NCBI GenBank assembly: GCA_030265395.1
Contig: JARFYF010000104.1
Span: 35,588,672 to 35,652,671, forward strand
From: Rhina ancylostomus
Lineage: Eukaryota
Length of the DNA: 64,000 nucleotides
Direction of reading: 5' to 3'
The notes beneath the pieces are model-generated. The model did not search any database. It saw only the letters and a list, made by a program, of their open reading frames with translations, and was not told the origin of the DNA. The translations under genes and the position numbers were made by a program. Each line of letters starts with the position of its first letter. Position 1 is the first letter of the stretch. This document shows positions 58,739-64,000 of this stretch, one piece after another.

Positions 58739-61729
58739 CTAAAGGAGAAAGAAAAAACATTAGCTTAGATAAGTTATTATTAACTAATTGAAAATTTATT
58801 TCAGCATTTTGAATGGTCTTGAGCATCATATAAACAAACAGAAGCAGGGAAAAGTCATTTTGTAAATAATCAGCAGATCAGAAGAGCAGTGACCTTATGA
58901 CCAAATAGATAGGGCACTGAAGGTTTGGACACCCATTGAATGCTTCAAACCCAAATGTGGATTTGCATTCCATCTTCAACTACTTCTCAAAGGTAGATTT
59001 GCAAGTCAGCTGGAGTAGAATAGGATTTCTGTATCTTTGAAACTCAGGTACATACTGTAGCCAGTAAAATTAAGAATGGAATTTGGCTATGTGCTTATGA
59101 AATATAAACAAGTGAGACACTTTGCTGTTCCACACAAGAGTAGGATAGTTATGAGAGGGCATCTATAAACAGATAGGAAAAGGTAAATGCTTTATTATAG
59201 CTAGAAGATGTTATATCCTATTTATTATGGAATTGAAGCTACAAATCGGACTAGGCAAGGAGTGAAGTTGACACAAAAGGTGATTTATGGAACACTGTTA
59301 TGCAGTTGTAAGTTCAAATGATATAATTTTTGATTCTAGGAGTGTTTATATTACATTTAAAGTGAGTGAGTTAGCATTTGTATAATATAATCTGATCCAG
59401 TCAAAGGAAAACACAGAGAAAAGCTGAAATGTTCATTACAAAGGTCCAACAATTTTTATTTCTTCAACAATAGTTTTCTTCATTCATATGAATGGGTGAA
59501 TAGGTAAATGGTTATGTTTAGGTTTGTACTAGTGCCCAACTAGGTATCTGTGCCACAATGGTAGTGGCACTAAATATCCACAATAATTGCAAAGAAAGTT
59601 GAACTATTGTAGCACACCAGGCAATGTGCGTGAACATTTGCAGGTCATCTCATTGGCTACTTCTTCTTTAGGTTGAGCTCATTTGGAAAATTACACCAAG
59701 GTGATAGAAGTGCTGGTTTCTGCAAAAATATAAAAAACTTCAAATAACAGCAGGAAGGAGAGCAGATGAGTGATAGATCTGGCAGAATTTGAAGCAGAAA
59801 CTCCTCTGAGGAAATGATTCTCGTGAAGATTGGGTGATCCTCCACAAAAATTCAGGACCTAGAAGCTTGATGAGCATTTTGGCTTTCTGTTGTCACTGTG
59901 GACACTTTTTTGGTTCATCAAATCAAAGCAGTTCATCTGGCACTTTGAAAGAATAGTTGTCAAAATTTATTAAAAGATTTCATTTACTCATAAAGTGACA
60001 TCATAATAGCTGATCCAAAATAATAACTTGGTCACAATTCTGTTCAGTTTTTGTTCCAGTTGTGTGCACACATGGACAATGTTTTTTCCTGCACCACTGC
60101 ATTGATTATAATTGAAGAAAGAAATGCAAAAAAATGCTTTAAATTACAGATAAAATAAAACTTCTAATTAGCACAGGAAATTGCAGCATAGTATCATTTG
60201 CTCCCTTTTGTTATGGATGAAAAGTCATGAGTTGTATTACGTATTTAACTTTTTTGATTCAAAATTACTTCTTGTCCTCTTTCACAACTAACCAAAACCA
60301 CACAATACTATGATCACTATTCCCAAGATGCTCATCAATTGCCACATTATCCAACTGACCAACTTTGTTCCCCATGTCTAGATACAACATATAGCAATGC
60401 CACCCTTCTGCAAAAATCCTCTTGCGCACACTTCAGAAATTCTTCCTTTTCTCTTCCAATCATTTTGCATTCAATGTTAGAGTGGCCAAAGGCTCCCATT
60501 ATTACTGCCCTAAAATTATTTCACCTCTCAGTCATTCTCTACAAGTCTCCTCTTTCTATTCTGGTAGTATTACAACTCTTTTATTGTTAAACATTTCCAA
60601 CCAAATAAAGTATGCATTTGATCATTCTTGTTCTAGCACTGTAATATATTCCTTAATCAAAGATGCTACCTCATTTTATACATTTGAGCCAATTAAGATT
60701 CATAATATTAAACAGGATAACAAAAGGATAAGCTAGGTGAATAGACTAAAATATCAGTAAATCATGATATTATTTAAGGTGAACCAACTAGAGGGACTGA
60801 AGAATCTTTCCTGTTCTTATTTTCTATTGACACACTCATCACAAGAATTCCTACTTAATTTGGGACTTACTGTCAACCTCAAAAGTTGGATGATGCTCTG
60901 AGTTTCTTGCCTGAGGCAATATATTTAGCCTTTTCTGTGCATCTAAATTGCTCTCTTCATTTTCTTCTTCTGCACTGAGGGAAAGGCAATATCTGCATCC
61001 AAACTGAGCTCTGGTGGTAACGATTCTGCAGCACAATTGATTTTTGTCACTAGTAAGTTAACAACTTAAAATAACATGCTTTATTCTGCTATGCAGATAG
61101 TTCTACACCTGAATTTGAGATTGACTTTTGTTCCTATTCTCCTTTTCTTAAATCTATGCAAGGGTCTCATTAAATTGTTTTTGTTAATACCTAAAGATAT
61201 TGGCAATCTAAAGATATTGCCTTTACCAATTCCATGCACAACATAAAGATTTTGACAAGACTGCTACCAATTTCTTTCTGTTGTACATTTACATATGTAC
61301 ATTTTGTTAGAATGACTGGAGCAAATTTATGCAAATACTTATACTTCAATTTGCATAACCAATTCAATGATTAATTAATCAATAATTTTGGACTGTTCAA
61401 GAAACCATATCCATTTCCTAAATTTTAAGGATTACTCGTTTCATCATGTTGCCTAAAATCAGTGCATTGCACCAGATTTGTTTGTATTTTAGGTGTTAAC
61501 ATGATTATTAACTGTATTATTTTGTTGGATATTTATTCATGATATATTCTTATCGCAATTATATTTTTTGTTAATTCTTAGCAATTCATTTGGCTGCATC
61601 AAATAGGATCTAGAGTTCAGCTGATGGTACCCCTTTTATGCTGGGTAATTATAAGAACCATTCAGAGATTTCATGAAGGAGAATCATGATCCAATCTGTA
61701 GAATGAACGATTGCATAATATGAGCCACA

Positions 61730-62012
61730 ATGCTATTGGATTCGATTCCTGGCCTCAGCTAAACAAAAACTGAATTTAGTTGGTATGGTGATGTGGTTGC
61801 TGCAATTTGTCTCATCATTCCTGGGCCAAAGGAGTTAATAACTCAGTTAAATAATCTAGTTATGGTTCATACTCATGATTCCCTTGTTGAAAAGTGCATG
61901 CATATGGCATTGGGGAAGATAGGATCAGAATTGACTGTGATGGCTGTTTGTTTGAACAGCCTGTCAACATTCGCTCTTGGGTGAATAAACTCTTGGGCAA
62001 GGTACTAGAGAC
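61730..62012 (+). mobile_element. Old tRNA-derived SINE
   Basis: B-box GGATTCGATTCC followed by a body (GGAAGATAGGATCAGAATTGACTGTGATG...TTGGGCAAGGTACT) resembling a recalled elasmobranch SINE. Confidence 0.5.
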
Positions 62013-62509
62013 CTTTGAAGCACAGCTTGGATGACCTTAGAAAAATAGACAACAACAGAGAATGGCAATTTAAAAGCCGTATAAATTAAGCCAGAACTGC
62101 ATCAATGAAAGCTTCAAAATTACTGGAACTACAAACTTTTTCCATGAGGTCGATTCAAACAGAGACCACGTGATATCATTAAGGTAACAACATTGCTTTC
62201 CAGGTGTTCAGTACTCAGGAACATTCATAAATGTGTTAAGTAAACATAGACTTTGAGAGCACTACCCAAACCAATCTGATTATTAACATGTTAAATAGAC
62301 ATCTCCAAACAGTGGTATGTGAGGAAGCATCTAATAGATGTGTTAGGTTCAAAGAATGCTGAATGCTTCGATTTTCACATTCACTAAAGAGCATCTAATT
62401 ATTAAGTGCTCACACTAACTCTAAAATTAAAATTATAGAAGTATCCAGTCCTACACCTGAAAACATAACAAAGGGCTTTGGGTGCACACAGATTTTTTAA
62501 TGATGCTTT

Positions 62510-62810
62510 GGCTAAATGGTAGCACTTACTTCCAAGGCAGATGATCATGGGTTCAAGCCATGACACTTGAGCTATGCTGACACTGAGGGGTGCTACACCG
62601 TTGGAGATGTGACCTGGATGTGATATTAAACTGAAACTCTGACTGTATACTATTCAAAGAAGAGTAAGAGGAGTTCCGTCAGCCAACATTCATCCAAAAA
62701 TCTAGGTATCTTAATATTTATCTCTGCTGTTTGTGAGATTTTGCTACACCCTTTGCCTCTCTCAATACCCTACACTACAACAGCAACTGTTTTTCAAAAG
62801 TGCTTAACTA
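62510..62810 (+). mobile_element. Decayed Deu-type SINE (SacSINE1-like)
   Basis: GGTAGCACT...GGGTTCAAGCC head, ACTGAGGGGTGCTACAC, TATTCAAAGAAGAG...GGAGTTC and TGCTGTTTGTGAG core. Confidence 0.65.
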
Positions 62811-62984
62811 ACTCCAATGCACTGTTAGTGTATGTAAAAGATCATTCAGAAAAAGCTGACAATTAGAGAAGCCTATTGCAAGGAAGAAAGGCCCTACAAC
62901 ATGTTGCGGATATGCTGGCTTTTTTCTTTATCTTCCCTTCAACTCCCCCACTGAGAAACAAAACACCTGAAAAGTTTTCAATTG

Positions 62985-64000
62985 ATCAGAGACACAGCGG
63001 GAATTTGTGAAGGGTAAATCATGCCAGATAAATCTGATTGAATGTTTTGAAGGTGTGACTTAAGTAGTGGACATGGGATGTTATTCTCATGGAATTCCAA
63101 AAATATGAATTAAATAAATCTTATTCAGTTTGGTAGGACTTGACAGAAAGGGTTTTACAAGGATTGGAGTTGGGTCTGGAACTTCTCAGAATGTTTATAA
63201 ATGACTTAAATGATGGAACAGAAAGTCACATATCCAAGCATGCCTATAACATAAAGATAGATGGCAAAGTAAGAGTGTAGATACAAGCAAAAATTGACAG
63301 GCAACTACCTCTAGGTTGAAGAGAAGGGCAAAATTGTGGCAAATGGATTTCAGTGTGAGGTCACTTATTCTGAATTGAAAAAAGATAAAAAGGAATATTT
63401 TTACATGACAAACTAGAAGCAATTTCAACCAATACAGACTTAGGGGTCTATATGAATAGATAATTAAAATGTCATTCTGAAAGTAAACACAGGCCAATAG
63501 GGGACTGGAGGCAAGTTAGATTCCAGATAGAATACTGTGCATAGTTGCAGGCTTCACATTTTTGGAAGGATAGATTGGGCTTGGAGGGAGTAGAGAGAAG
63601 TGGGAGGGAGGTCATCCATGATACCTGGAATCCAAGGGTGACAATATGAGAAGAGATTACTCAAATTAGGGTCATGTTCTCTGGAATTCAGAAGAAATGT
63701 TTAAGATGTTAAGGGAATCAATGGGTTACAGGGAGAGAAACATCTACTGGTTGGGATGTTGAAGACCTGCAGGCATCATCTAAAAATTACATCAAGGTCT
63801 TTCAAGAGGGAAGCTTGGAATCAGTTCTACACATAGTGGGGTGATGGAACCTCTACGGTTCTGTTGCAAATGAAAATTGGTAAATTATTAATTTTGGATC
63901 AAGAGGAAATAATGAATCTTTAGGAAAGCTGAATGTAATCAAACCTCATCAATGTGGTTTTATGAAAGGTATATCATATTTGACAAATTTGCTCAAATTC
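62985..64000 (+). mobile_element. Heavily decayed CR1 LINE fragments
   Basis: TTTGTGAAGGGTAAATCATGCCAGATAAATCTGATTGAA (FVKGKSC..NLIE), TGTGGCAAATGGATTTCAGTGTG (WQM.F), and a second GF.KG.S.LTNL start at about 63950. Confidence 0.75.

Noticed and set aside
59695-59719. Possible microexon after a U-rich acceptor (TTTTTGCAG|AAACCAGC...)
   Set aside because: The candidate donors give 23 or 25 nt, which would shift the frame. They are weak, and the peptide has no NFI similarity.
58739-64000. NFIB exon ~3 and the DNA-binding domain exon
   Set aside because: No matching peptide was seen; they presumably lie to the right of the window.

Overview
AT-rich vertebrate genomic DNA from a gapped assembly. 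The repeat content (V-SINE/HE1-type and Deu-type SINEs, CR1, Rex1/Babar, Penelope-derived elements) points to a cartilaginous fish, probably a ray (inference). The whole window lies inside one minus-strand gene, nuclear factor I B (NFIB). Seven GT-AG exons (58738-58670, 52774-52660, 47920-47802, 33211-33083, 31637-31450, 25192-25024, 21493-21408) join in one open frame of 875 nt and encode the Pro/Ser-rich transactivation region. An eighth, 89-nt frame-shifting cassette exon (5622-5534, [17 protein letters not shown]...) matches a mammalian NFIB alternative C-terminus as I recall it. The DNA-binding exons and the terminal SWYLG exon were not found and probably lie outside the window. Exon numbers follow human NFIB from memory. 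The rest is intron, with decayed retroelements, a degenerate Harbinger transposon, a 25-bp minisatellite and repeat-poor stretches that may hold conserved elements. The most notable items are the conserved cassette exon, an in-frame alternative donor, hammerhead-ribozyme relics in Penelope-derived repeats, and an inverted LTR pair bracketing a stop-free 363-nt exon block. Family assignments rest on recalled consensus motifs, not database searches.
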